A stretch of 64,000 bases of DNA, taken from the NCBI RefSeq assembly GCF_009914755.1, contig NC_060932.1, one strand, 5' to 3'. Made by a program: the position numbers and the translations under genes. Source of the stretch: the human T2T-CHM13v2.0 reference genome, Homo sapiens. Below are positions 36,327 through 50,875 of the stretch, piece after piece (positions within the stretch are counted from its first letter, which is position 1; each line of letters starts with the position of its first letter). The notes beneath the pieces were generated by a model that ran no database searches, was not told the origin of the DNA, and saw only the letters and a program-made list of their open reading frames with translations.

Positions 36327-36383
36327 AGACTCTGTACTATGTGAGGCTGGATGTGAGCCTGGCTCTAGCAGAGGGCTCCTTTG
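36327..36383 (+). pseudogene. Cyclase-like fossil exon E
   Basis: ctttgaccttcaAG| (or the AG at 36327-36328) ... TTG|GTGACT; encodes TLYYVRLDVSLALAEGSF and joins exon F in frame (G|AT). Confidence 0.6.
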
Positions 36384-36547
36384 GTGACTAAGTGTAAAGT
36401 AAAGATGTTAAGGCGGATGCTTAATCCTCTGACCCTGCTGCACTTTTTTCTTAGAACTTCTCATTACCTGGCATGGTACTGGTTCATGCCAGTACTGTGC
36501 TTTATTTGTTTCTTGACTTTCTCTCCTATTATAATGTCCATGAGGAG

Positions 36548-36712
36548 TTGGACATGTTGGTGAATGCCTGTAACCCCAGTTACTTGGGAGGCAGAGGTGG
36601 GAGGATTGCCTGAGCCCAGGAGTTGGAGGCTGGAGTAAACAATGATTGTACTGCTGCACTCCAGCCTGGGCAACAGAGCAATACCCTGTCTCTAAGAAAT
36701 AAGTAAATAAAT
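36548..36712 (+). mobile_element. Alu monomer (FRAM-like) within an L2 remnant
   Basis: Diverged right-arm Alu; flank has the L2 3' motif gagggcaaggactttgtc...cctggc. Confidence 0.75.
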
Positions 36713-37058
36713 AACTTCTATGAGGGCAAGGACTTTGTCTATTGTGTTCCCTGGCCTGGCGCATAATTAGTGCTTACATATGATTGAACACAAGAAAGGG
36801 AAAAAATTGTGCAGGGTTTCAAATGTATGGGGTGCAGACTTTCTTCTATGGGGAACAGGTGGGACGAGACTAAGGAAAATAACCAGCATTTCTGAGTGTC
36901 CACCAGGTCCTGGGCTATACACACAACATATTATCTTATTTTGCATGGATTGTGGAACAGCAAAAAGCATATATTAGTGATCAAAATGAACTGGACTTCC
37001 AATTTGATTTAAAACACAAGCCAAGAATATTTTATTAATCTCAATTCATTGTTTTTAG

Positions 37059-37950
37059 ATGTTACTGTGTATTTCCAAGGGAGATGTGAGCTTTGAGCTT
37101 ATGTCTAACGCAATATCATGTGTCCGACTGAGGCAGCGGAGATAAGCTCCTGCTCTGTGTTCCTGCTAAAGCTTTCATACTCTGGCATGGCCACACTCAA
37201 CACCACTTAATGATCTAGTCATTCCAGTTTTCTAACACCTGCCTGGATAGACCCCAGGCTGCAAAAACCCTGAAATTCCGGTTCTAACAACAAATCACTG
37301 AAAATCAGAAGGCCCCACCTTGAGCTCACAGCCAGCTCCACCTCCTTGAAGACGGGAGGCCCCTCATGCTCTGTGTTCTTAATGGCACCAGGAAGATCCC
37401 CTCCTGGGGCCTCTTGAGGTTAATTGTCTGCAGTAGAGATGTTGAAGCCAGAGAGACTCTCAAATTCTGATGCCTCTACCCCACGCCACCCCTACCAGCA
37501 AACTGTAGCCAGTTTCAGATGTACCCTGACCGGAATAGTTCTTTCCATGAATGGCGTCGGACACTGTGTCCTCACTCAAAGTCCCGATGGCATGAGGGTG
37601 ACCTTGTACACACAGGATCCAGGGCAAAGAACAAGACGTATTCCCAGTCCTCACCTACAGCCAACACGTGACCTAAGAAGACCTTTTGGAGAACAGCCTG
37701 AGCAGCTGGGCAGCCATATAGAAAACTGCTAGCTGTGCATCTACAGGCTGATGGAACAATCACGACCTGTCCTCATGGAGAAGCGTCCGAGGTGTGGCCC
37801 CATGTTCCTGCCACACTGCATTGACTCTTTCTCCAATGGAGTCTCGGGTACTCTTCCTTTCTGCCTTTTCTGGTATTTGCAATCTCCACCTTCACCACTT
37901 GCTTCTTTCCCCGGGGTTGAAACAAGTTCACAAATGAACACATAAATAAA
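37059..37950 (+). pseudogene. Cyclase-like fossil terminal exon F with poly(A) signal
   Basis: attcattgtttttAG|; DVTVYFQGRCEL*AYV*RNIMCPTE; CKNPEIPVL at 37260-37286; DGRPLMLCVLN at 37351-37383; hydrophobic tail FLPFLVFAISTFTTCFF; TGA 37918-37920; AATAAA 37945-37950. Confidence 0.6.
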
Positions 37951-40275
37951 CCCTTCCTCTTTCCCCTGTACATCTCCTTACTCTATCATCACCCACTCTC
38001 CCTGAATTTGTGCCCGAAATAACCCCTGCTGCTGACAGCCCCCAAGAGCAGCCCAGTCGACTTATCCAAGGGTCCTTTCTTCTTCCTTTGAACATAACTT
38101 TAAATAAGTCTTTTGTCCTAGATAGCACGCTCTAGAAGTACAAGGAGTACATCTTAGACTTCTTGTTAACCCCGAGCTTTGTACGCAGCAGGTGCTCACA
38201 ATTGCTAGAAGGGATGGAGAGAAAAAGGGATTGATTCAGAAAATGATGTCACTGCAGGCAGTATTCTTTCAAAGGAGTGAGTTTCTGAACTTGTAGACCT
38301 TGAAGAAATTGTAAAGGATCTGATTTCAGACCCAGTGGAAGCTGCAAGAACAATGTGGTTTCGAGTTCTGCTGTTTCATTATCCCGGGTTGATTCAGCTG
38401 GCTGGGCGGGTGCCCTCTTTTCTCTCTAGGAGCTCCAGCTGCCCCTCCAAGCCCCTCTTCTGGCCTGGCATTCCCCAGCCTGCAGTGGAGGTCAGAGCAG
38501 ATCCTACCGTATTCAGAGAAGTAGGAAACGCGAGCTTGAATCTTCTTCAGTGTTCTCAAGAGAGTGAGATATTGGCAAGCACCTGTTTTCTCAGCACTGA
38601 GAAAAGGGATCAGGGATTGATGAGTGGAAGACACTAATTCAAGTAATGAAGGGCTTTTGCTCTCATTTTGACAAGATGAAAAACCACACAATAATTTATG
38701 AACCACGCAGGCAACTTTTAATCACCACGATTACTATAGACAGGCAAGGGCAGTGTTGATAGGAGTGTGGGAGAGAGCTTCCTGGAGGAGGTGAGGTGGA
38801 AGCTTCTCCTGGTGCAATGTGCAGTGTGGGAACAATGTCCAAGAACCATGGTTTGCAGGTCTGTGGCATGACCTAAAGGCTTTGGAAGGCCCCAGAAGAC
38901 AAAAGCACATGTCAAAGCTACAGACACTTTGCAGTTCCTTTCAAAGGGCTCACAGGATGGAAATGGAGTCAGCGAGAGGGGCATCTACCATGCTGTTAAA
39001 CGGAGAAGAGAGGTTTGGAGATTTGGGGACTGGGCTTTTGCACACCAGGGACAAAGCATGAGTGCAGCTTGTGATAAGAATTGATTTCTTCCCGGCCCCA
39101 GTCACCCCTGCTTTTGGTGATAGTTTCCATTTAAAAGCGAATTCCTATGAAAGGAGCGCGGGGGCCTGCCCCGTGCCTGCGACCTGGGGTGGAGCAGACA
39201 AACACTGAAAAAGGGCTGACATGTATGGATGCCTCTGGTGATAGCAGTGGTTATATTTAGTCCCAAGCTCAAGTTAAACAGGGGGCCTCCTGCAATATGT
39301 ATGAAGAGAGCACCAAGAGCAAACACAAGTGCAGGGCCAGTAAAAATAAAAGAGCAAAGTGCAAGACTCGAAAGAGTAAATATGCACAGGCTCTGGCCCC
39401 AAGATATGCCAGGTGGGTGGAGCTAGACACTGTGAACAGGGCCAGGAGAGCCAGTGCCACTGCAGAGGGGCCCCTTCCCATTGTCAAGTGCTCATAGTGA
39501 GTACAACAAATCCTCCAAGGCCTCCTGCCTTTACCATCCACTCTCCAGCTGCATGCTTAAGAAAAGGCTGGGAAATAATCATCCTGGGTCCCAGTTTCTT
39601 CATCTATAAAATGAGAGGACCGAGATGCAAAAAAAACAAATTCCTCTCCTGCATTAGGATTTTTCCAACTCACCTTACTAGCTGCCTGGAAAGGTGTGAG
39701 GCTGAATGACACCTCCTTTGTTCTCCAAACACTGTTGACATAGTGACCCAACTGTTAGTTATCTTGATCATGTCCTCTAAGGGATCAACTGAGCAAAGAG
39801 CCAAAGAACCCACTTTTTTTTTTTTCTTTTTCAGAACTAGAGTTGATCTACTTTCAAGTTTAACAGCTCAGCTCCTAAAGGAAAATCTGACTCTCTGTGT
39901 AGCAGCAATACACTGGGCTGGCAGCCTCTTATAGCACCTTGAAGCATATTAGAAAAAGTTACTCTCTCCAGGTAGGCAGAGTCTTCAGGGCCCCCAGCTT
40001 GGTGAAGGGAGCTCAAGCTGCATCTCGTCACCTCCCCACCCCAACCCTCTCCACTCAACCCTTGGCCGGCACTTCCGTGGGGCAGAACCTACACAATCCT
40101 ACACCTTAATATAGCAGCTGGCTGTCAGTCAAAGTCAGGAAGGTTTATTTTCTTGATGCCTGTTCCTTGCTTACAGGGCCTCTTTTTCATGTCCACTCAA
40201 CTGTCTGGATTCTTCTGCTTTTTGTTTCATGTACTCTCCTTTCTCTCTGATGTGTCATCTCCATACAAGTAAGCA

Positions 40276-40340
40276 TGAAGTTGGTGCAAAAGTAATTACT
40301 TTCAATGGCAAAAGCCGCAATTACTTTTGCACCAACCTAA
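40276..40340. mobile_element. MADE1 (Hsmar1 MITE), internally deleted
   Basis: TIRs gttggtgcaaaagtaatt / aattacttttgcaccaac. Confidence 0.9.
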
Positions 40341-40561
40341 TAATAGCGTGATAACACACAGATTCACAAAACAGGTCATACTTTTATTCACCAGTCTAGG
40401 CTGTACCTTCCTGAAAGTCAGGGACATGGTTTATCTGAGCAAAACGCTTGACCCATAGTGGATATTCAGTAAATACTGTTGAATGAATGAAAAACAATCT
40501 CCCAGTGGTTCTAAATTGCCTTTGAATCATGGATTTCTTTGAAATCTGATGGAAGCCAGGG

Positions 40562-40899
40562 TGATATGATTTTGCTCTGTGTCCCCACCCAAATCTCATC
40601 TCGAATTGTAATCCCCATGGGGAGGGGCCTGGTGGGAGGTGATTGGATCAAGGGGGTGGTTTCCCCTAGGCTGTTCTCCTGATAGTAAGTGAGTTCTCAC
40701 GAGATCTGATGGTTTAAAAGTGTGGCACTTCCCCTGCATCTTGCCGTCTGCCTCACTTCCCCTTCTCCTTTTGCCAAAAATGTAAGTTTCCTGAGGCTAC
40801 CCCAGCCATGCGGAACCGTGAGTCAATTAAACCTCTTTTCTTCATAAACTACCCAGTCTCAGGTAGTTCTTTATAACAGTTTGAAAAGGAACTAATACA
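40562..40899. mobile_element. MaLR solo LTR (THE1/MST type)
   Basis: tgatatg...ctgtgtccccacccaaatctcatc...actaataca; 5-bp TSD caggg. Confidence 0.92.
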
Positions 40900-42499
40900 C
40901 AGGGATATTTTCTCGCAAAATGAACATGTACAAACATACTAAATTTTGCATACAGTTTGGGAAGGATCACCAACTCCTAGCAGGAAGGGATTTAGATTTT
41001 AAGCCAGGATAAAAAGGTGTGATCCCTTTAAAAAAAAAAAAAAAAAAGGTTGCGGGGGGGACTAGAAATGAACTAGGACCTGACCCTCACCAAGAATCTA
41101 ATGTGTCACCGGGTAACGGGTCTGTCATCTTCTTTAATCCTTACAACCACCCTTTAAATAGGCATTACTATCTTCATTCTACCAACGAGAAAATGAGGTT
41201 TCAATAGCTTTTCCACTGTGAAACATCAGACCGAATATTCAATCCAAGTCTCTTTTACCTGCAAACTCATATTCTTCTGCTATGTCATTATGCCTCCAAA
41301 TATTACAAATTCTCAGGATTCTACAGTCAATTCCCATTTATTGTGTTTTGATGGATGAGGCCCTTTAAAAAAACTACCATCTAAACCAAGCAAACAAATG
41401 CATCTTAAATATAGTCATATATTTTAGATTAGACAACTTTATAAAGGATTCCTATGGCGTTTTAACAAAATCTATAAAATGATTGCCAAATGTATCTTGC
41501 ACATTATATTTTCCTTAGATTCTTAGACTAACAGTAAAGCAAAATGAAACCAACATCTCAGCTAATCAGAATGCCCCTCACTGGCACCTGTGACTAGGTT
41601 AATGTGCTTCTGTCCATGCTGAAAGAAAGCAAAACAGAAGATAAGAGTCTTGACTTTAGCATACATTGACTCATTCACTTACACCGTGGATAGAAACACA
41701 AACTGCAGGGTCAGAAAGACCTAGGTTTGAGTTCTATCCTTTTCGCTAGTTGTTAAGAGACCTTAGGCAAGTTACTTAACTTTGAAAAGGCTTAGCTTCC
41801 TCATTTTAAATGAGGGTATTCACGGTAACTATTTCAGAGGAATTGTTATTATTATCATTTTTTGTATTTTAAATATACAGTAGGAACATTTATTTTAACA
41901 CTTCTAAAAGATATTTCTCCATGCCTGATGATTTGATATAAAAATCAAACCCATCATACTTTCCCCATCAGTCTCTCTACATTTAGGGCAATCAGAAATT
42001 TGTACAACACGAATATTTGCTTCTGAAATGAAAATTACAAATTTTATTGAAGGGGTTAATGAATAATGCACTTAAACTTCATAGTGCAATGCTTGGCTTG
42101 TAGTAAATGTGCAGTAAATGTTAGCTACAATTTTTCATCTTTACCATCTTGGTCTTCATCGATGTGGTTCTACAACGAGCTGACATGAACAGAATGATGG
42201 CCCTGAGGTTCAACAGAACTGGTAGTTTGCCACATGACTCAGCAATTCCACTCACAGTTGTCTGCCCAAAAGAAATGAAAGCATGTGTCGATAATACCAA
42301 TACCGTTAGCAAAGACTGCGGCATTATTCGTAATAACCAAAAAGTAGAAACAACCCCAAAGGTCCATTGATAGGTAAAAGGATAAATAAATTGCTGTATC
42401 ATACAATGGAATGCTCTACAGTGGTAAAGAGAACAAAAGCCACGTGAAAAAGAGTATATAGTGTATGCTTATTTATTTATTTGGTTGGGGTTTCTGTTT

Positions 42500-42800
42500 C
42501 TTTCTTTTTTTTTTTTTTTTTGAGAGAGAGAGTGTCCCGCTCTATTGCCCAGGCTGGATTGCAATGATACCGTCACAGCTCACTGCTGCCTTGACCTCCC
42601 AGGCTCAACTGATTCTTCCAACTCAGTCTCCTGAGTAGTTGGGATCACAGGCATGCACCACCACACCTGGCTAATTTTTTATTTTTTGTAGAAACAAAGT
42701 CTCACTATATTGTCCAGGCTGGTCTTGAACTCCTGGGCTCAAGCAAACCTCCTGGCTCCCTAAGTGCTGGGATTACAGGCATGAGCCACTGTGCCTGGCC
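42500..42800 (-). mobile_element. AluJ within an L1M 3' end
   Basis: Antisense Alu dimer. Confidence 0.88.
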
Positions 42801-42985
42801 CTGTATGATGATTTATACAAAATTCTGAAAAAAGTTGAACTAATCAGTAGCATTGGAGTTCAAATCTTACTTGGGGAGAAGGAAGAAGAGAGCACAAGAA
42901 CTCTTTGTTGGTTGGATGGATATGCTCATCATATCCTGGTGATGGTTTTATGGGTATATACAGATGTTAAAACTTACCAAATTGT

Positions 42986-43342
<357 letters not shown>

Positions 43343-43369
43343 TCAATAAGGCTGTTTAACATTTTTTTC

Positions 43370-44260
<891 letters not shown>

Positions 44261-44435
44261 TAAGCATTTTTTTTTAATTAACAAAAATTTAAACTTCTGC
44301 AATGGCTTTTATTGCTTTCAGAATAAAATCCACATTCTTTATGATGTATATAGTGCTTGTTTATGTCTTTTCTTCTTTCTTCTTTTCTTTCTTTTAAAAA
44401 AGTCTCTTAACTGCCTACTAAATGATAAATTACTC

Positions 44436-44740
<305 letters not shown>

Positions 44741-45240
44741 CTAAATGATAAATTACTTCTGAAGAGAGGCCCTGTTTGTTTGGTTTACCACTGGGTCCCC
44801 AGTACCAAATGCAATGCCTAGCACAAAAACACTCGACTGTTAATGAGTGAATAAAAAACAGAAAATCATGAAAAGCCAAAGAGTAATACAAAAAATATAA
44901 AAAATATGTAGCATATGAAAGCGGGGAGAAAGCGCTGGGGATTGAATAGTCACAAAAGGCTTCATGGGGAGGCACACACAAAGGGTCCTGAAGGATGGAG
45001 GGGGTGTAAATGGGAAGAGAGAAGAAAGGGGGACTTCCAGAGGAAGCGGGAGAGCTAGAAGAGTAAAGGCAGAGAGGGAATGGGTTCGTTTGGGACCTGG
45101 GTAGGAAAGGTGGCTTCGTCTAGAGAGTGAAGAGCCCTGACTCCCATCATAAAGGCAATATTTAGGATCTGCAGGATGGGTGCGTGAGATTGAAGAAAAG
45201 AAGAATGTCAGGAGAAAGTCAGACAGAAAGTGGGAACAGA

Positions 45241-45403
45241 GGCCGGGCACAGTGACTCACGCCTGTAATCCAGCATTTTGGGAGGCTGAGGCGGGAGCAT
45301 TGCTTGAGCCCAAAAGTCTGAGGCTGCAGTGAGCCATGATCATGCAATTCCAGCCTGGGTGACAGAGTGAGATCCCGTCTGAAAAGAAAAAAAAAAAAAA
45401 AAA
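45241..45403 (+). mobile_element. Monomer-length Alu
   Basis: Left-arm 5' end joined to right-arm 3' end, with poly(A). Confidence 0.85.
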
Positions 45404-46302
45404 AGATGGCAATAGAAGTAAAGAGATGGACATTTCATTTCATAGAACGGGACTTTGGATCACTTAGGCCTCTTCTCAAAGCATGCCTGAAATGTACAAT
45501 CAACATCAGGCAGCTGGACCACACTTCCGAGGTCAGCCCCAAGCCACCGCTCCTCCCTCCTGATCATCCTCACAGTGAGCCCTTTCACAGTCCAGCAGTG
45601 ACGTTGTCCAAGTTCTTTCATGGTGCCTCTCCTGTGACTACCTCCATGGGAAAGAAAGCATTGCTTCTGGGGTACTTGGCCCTGGTTCAAGGCTTGAGAG
45701 AAGGCCAATCCCTTGATGAAGAACCAAGGGTAGGTGTCCTCAGACACCCCTTGTTTTGAGGCCATACTCTTCCCCAGCCTCCAAGATCCTGGGAGCCGGG
45801 GCTGGATTTGTAATCCAGCACCTCTTTATAAACTCAGCAGGAAACCCTTAGAGGACCTGGCTTTGTTTTGAAAGGAGAAGAGAGGAAGCAAAGCAACTGA
45901 AAAGGCACTGTTGACTTTTCATTCAAGGCTAAAGCCAAATAGAATGTGTTTGCTCTGCACTGAATGCCATGCAATGGAGAGTTTGTACTTGAACCTCATG
46001 AATGGCCCAAAGTAAACGTCCTCTCTACCTCAGGCCCTCAGCAATACATTTAGACAGTGCTTCAGGCTTATCAAGTACTTTCACAGACATTATCTCATTT
46101 GATCCTCAGGTCAGCCTATGACGCAAGGGGGATTATTATGATTTCTATATTCCAGATGACCCAGTGCCCTGCAGCTAGGCGGCGAGGGCTCCCGAAACAT
46201 TTCTTTAATGAGGCTAGTAAGGCCAAGTGCCTTGCCCCCCGACCCACCCCTACAGATGATCCTTAAACACAGAGCAAACTTCTATTATATAAACATCTGT
46301 CC

Positions 46303-46631
46303 TGGCCGAGCGCAGTGTAATCCTAACAGTTTGGGATTCCAAGGCAAGCAGATGTCTTGAGCCCAGGAGTTCAAGGCCAGCGTGGGCAACATGGTGAAAC
46401 CCCATTTCTACAAAAAACACAAAAATTAGCTCGGCATGGTGGCATGTGCCTGTAGTCCCAGCTACTCAGGAGTCTAAGGTGGGAGGATCACCTGAAGCAG
46501 GGAGGCTTGAGCCCAGGAAGTTGAGGCTGCAGTAAACCATTATCAGGCTACTGCACTCCAGCCTGGGTTTCAGAGTGAGACCCCATCTCAAAAACAAACA
46601 AACAAACAAACAAACAAACAACAACAACAAA
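46303..46631 (+). mobile_element. AluJ with (CAAA)n tail
   Basis: Diverged dimer. Confidence 0.88.
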
Positions 46632-46729
46632 AGACCTGTCCCATGGATTTGGGCATCCTGTAGCCAATTTGAATTTGCAATGCTGAACTCCTTACCATTA
46701 CAGAATTAGGTTTTATTAAGAGATAGCCC

Positions 46730-46915
46730 TCTACGGACTCCAAGTAGGGAGAGGTAGAGAGAACGGGAAGGACTGAAAAGATATCTACTGGGTACCATGT
46801 TCACTATTTGGGTGATGGGTTTAATACAAACCCAATCTATTCAATAGAACCCCAGCATCACCCAATACACCCATGTAACAAACCTGCACATGTACTCCCT
46901 GAATCTAAAATTTAA
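46730..46915 (+). mobile_element. L1MA/L1PB 3' end
   Basis: cccatgtaacaaacctgcacatgtactccctgaatctaaaat. Confidence 0.8.
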
Positions 46916-48229
46916 AAGTGTTTTCAAAGAGGTAGCACTCATGAAGCCCTACAGCGTGCCAGATGCTCTCATGCAGCATCTCATTTAGTCTTCACACCAG
47001 TCCTAAGAAAGCAGGTTATACAATCCTCATCTTGCAGCTGATGGAAGTAAAGCTGTTGCAACTGCCAGTAGGAAAACGGCAGGATTCATATCCCACCTTC
47101 TGGCTCCAAAGCCCATTCTCTTTCCTTTGTGCCATAATGGTTTTTAAGCTGAGAATTAATTATCTTTGGATCCTTCCTACCACCCATTTCAGGACTCTCC
47201 CAACCCCCGTAACACATATACATACTAGCTACATAAAAGGATTACGTTTTTTTAAAAAATAGGAAAAATCTCTCCAATCTTAATATTTGTCTGAGTCTTT
47301 AAATTTAGCAAAACACTTCAGGGTTTCCTGTCTTCAGACAGGCTGCCATTGTTAAGTGTTAGGGAAGGGCCCGTCCTACAGGAGATGAAATACCTTGTAA
47401 TCCCCAAAGCAGTGAACTCCAGCAGCAACTCACATTGTAAAACAGACCAAATAATGAGAAACACATTTATGTTCCCCAACTAGCACACAGAGAAGAGAGA
47501 AAAGGAGATGTGGTCTTTGTTCTGAGCAGTTGGGTTGCTGGAAACTCATCATCCATCAACACACAGGACACAGAGAAGGAGAGGGAACAGAGCCAATCTC
47601 TCTCCCCTGTGCGCAGAGCAAACAGGTGGGGCAGATGGTGGGGAGGGTTTTTGCCTCATCAAAGAGGTACGTGGATTGAAAAGTTTGAGACTCAGCCCTT
47701 GCAGCAATTGCAGAGAGAGGGATTGCGAGGCAAATATCAATGCTTAACTCTTGGAGAGGCTTTTGGAATGCTGCCCAAGTCTGCACTGAGAATGAGGGCA
47801 TGATCCTCTGCCCCTTGAGGAGACTCTCCTGGTTGCTTGGATTTGTCCTGAGAGTCCACGACGATTCTCATGCTCATATTGTAATATGCTATTATTTTAG
47901 AAATTGGAGCTTGTCAAGAAACACCGTAGCTAATGTTTCAATTGTCCTCAATGCCTTGTCTGCTATTTGTATTTGATAATATTCTCCAGCAAAGCTTTTA
48001 AATTGCTGATAATTACTACTATACTTGTTATTATTAAAAAATTAGTTTATAACAATTATTAGTAATAGTTGAAGCTAGCTGATTGGTGTATAGGGTACCA
48101 CAATAAAAAGATAAAATAAAAAAGAAGTTTCCTTTATTTGCTTTTGAATGATAAGTAACACTTTAAACACACAGGCTTCTTCCTGTAAAAGTCACACCTA
48201 GCTCTTCCATTGACAAAATAATTATTTTA

Positions 48230-48540
<311 letters not shown>

Positions 48541-48672
48541 CAGTCTTAAGCTGTTTTACAAACTTTCTTACTTTCTTCTTCTTCTTCTTCTTTTTTTTTT
48601 TTTTTTTTTAGAGACAAGGTCTTCCCTTCCAAAAATATTATCCAGGTGTATGCATATACCTGTGTCTATATT

Positions 48673-49355
48673 TGTAATGGGTTGAATTGCATGCCCCCAA
48701 AATTCACATATTAAAGTTTCAACCCCCAGTACTTCAGAAGGCGACTGTGTTTCAAGCTTGTCCAACCTGCAGCCCTTGGGCCACATGCAGCCCAGGACGG
48801 CTTTGAATATGGCCCAACACAGATTCATAAACTTTCTTAAAACGTTAAGATTTTTTTAAAGCTAATCAGCTTTCATTAGTGTTAGTGTATTTTACGTGCG
48901 GCCCAAGACAATTAATTCTTCTTCTTCCAATGTGGCCCAGGGAAGTCAAAAGATTGGTCACCCCTGCTGTGTTTGGAGACCTGGTCTTTAAAAAGGTGAT
49001 TAAGTTAAAATGAGGTAATAGGGTGGGACTTGATCTAATATGACTGATGTCCTTATAAAAAGCGGAAATTTGGAGACAGACATACTCACACGGGGAAAGC
49101 AGCACGTGAACGTGAAGGCAACCATTAGAGTGATGGGCCCACGAGCCAAGGAACGCCAAAGACTCCCAGCAAACCACCAGAAGCCAGGAGACAGGCCTGA
49201 ACAGATTCTCCCTCCCAGCCCTCAGAAGGAACCAACCCTGCCGAAACCTTGGTCTCAGACTTCCAGTCTCCAGAACTGTAAGCCAATACAATTCTGGGAC
49301 CTAAGAAGCCACCCGGTCTGTTACTTTGTTATGGCAGTCCTAGGAAACTAAGACA
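48673..49355. mobile_element. MLT1-type MaLR LTR
   Basis: tgtaatgggttgaattg...gacttccagtctccagaactgtaag...ctttgttatggcagtcctaggaaactaa. Confidence 0.85.
48753..48966. mobile_element. MER30 inserted into the MLT1 LTR
   Basis: caagcttgtccaacc...aaaagattggtcacccctg; 8-bp TSD ctgtgttt. Confidence 0.9.
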
Positions 49356-49664
49356 AAACACATCTCTAAAAATATAAATCCCTGGTCTCAAGAACTCAGG
49401 GTATGAAGAAGCATAAATCTGAATCTTGTCCAAGTGGCAAACCACTGCTCACAGCCCTGGTTCCTTCCTGCTCTCAGCGCTCTCAGCTCACAGCCGTCAT
49501 GCATCCGAAGAGGTTGATATGTGTGAGAAAGACCGAAGGAAAACAATTGCTCATTTGATTCCCCGTAATCTTCAGTGATGTTCCTTATCTGTTTACCCAT
49601 GACAAGAGCAAATCTTATTTCCTGACATCTTCACCTACTTAACCAATGAACCAGTTTGTGGCTA

Positions 49665-50183
<519 letters not shown>

Positions 50184-50592
50184 TCAGAAAGCTCTTTCCA
50201 ACATCCACAAATTAACAATTTTGTTACTGGGTCTTTTTAGAGGGCATTTAGGAATGTCTGTCTCTTTAAAATATGTGGATGGATTCTGAAATACTATTGT
50301 AAATCCAGAAACTTGACTTGACTCCCAAATGTACATTTCACATTTTTGGAAACTGGGAATAATTTGTTCTTAAGTGCTGTCATATGCTAACCAGACAGAT
50401 GCTTTCCCTTGGGATTCTTTTGAAAACTCTCATAACATTAGACCTTGACCTAAGAACCACAGTCAAATTTATCTTCCCTGATGGATTCATTTATAGAAAG
50501 GCAAAGTTCAGACTTCTGTGTTTGACATTGAAATGCAAAATAAGCAAAACATTTTTATTTGAGCACAATATCACCAAATAATGGCAAGAACT

Positions 50593-50875
50593 CTTTTTTT
50601 TTTTTTTGAGACAGAGTCTCGCTCTGTTGCCCAGGCTAGAGTGCTGTGATGCAACCTCCTCCTCCTCCTGGGTGCAAGCCATTCTCCTGCCTCAGCCTCC
50701 CAAGTAACTGAGATTACAGGTGCATGCCACCACACCCAGCTAATTTTTGTATTTTTAGTAGAGACAGGGTTTCACCATGTTGTCCAGGCTGGTCTTGAAC
50801 TCCTGACCTCAAGCGATCCACCTGCCTCAGCCTCCCAAAGTACTTGGATTACAGGCGTAAGCCACTGCTCCCGGC
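50593..50875 (-). mobile_element. AluS
   Basis: Antisense dimer. Confidence 0.9.

Noticed and set aside
37751-37830. RPVLMEKRPRC..PHC as the cyclase C-terminal RP..C..C motif
   Set aside because: DGRPLMLCVLN at 37351 lies much closer to the expected distance from CKNPEI. This later match is probably chance.
42030-42220. Possible distal terminal exon of a - strand transcript from the neighbouring ERI1 gene (AG at 42203-42204 or 42219-42220; AATAAA near 42045)
   Set aside because: It rests only on my recollection that ERI1 lies beyond this window. The sequence is MIR/L1-derived and the signals are too weak to call.
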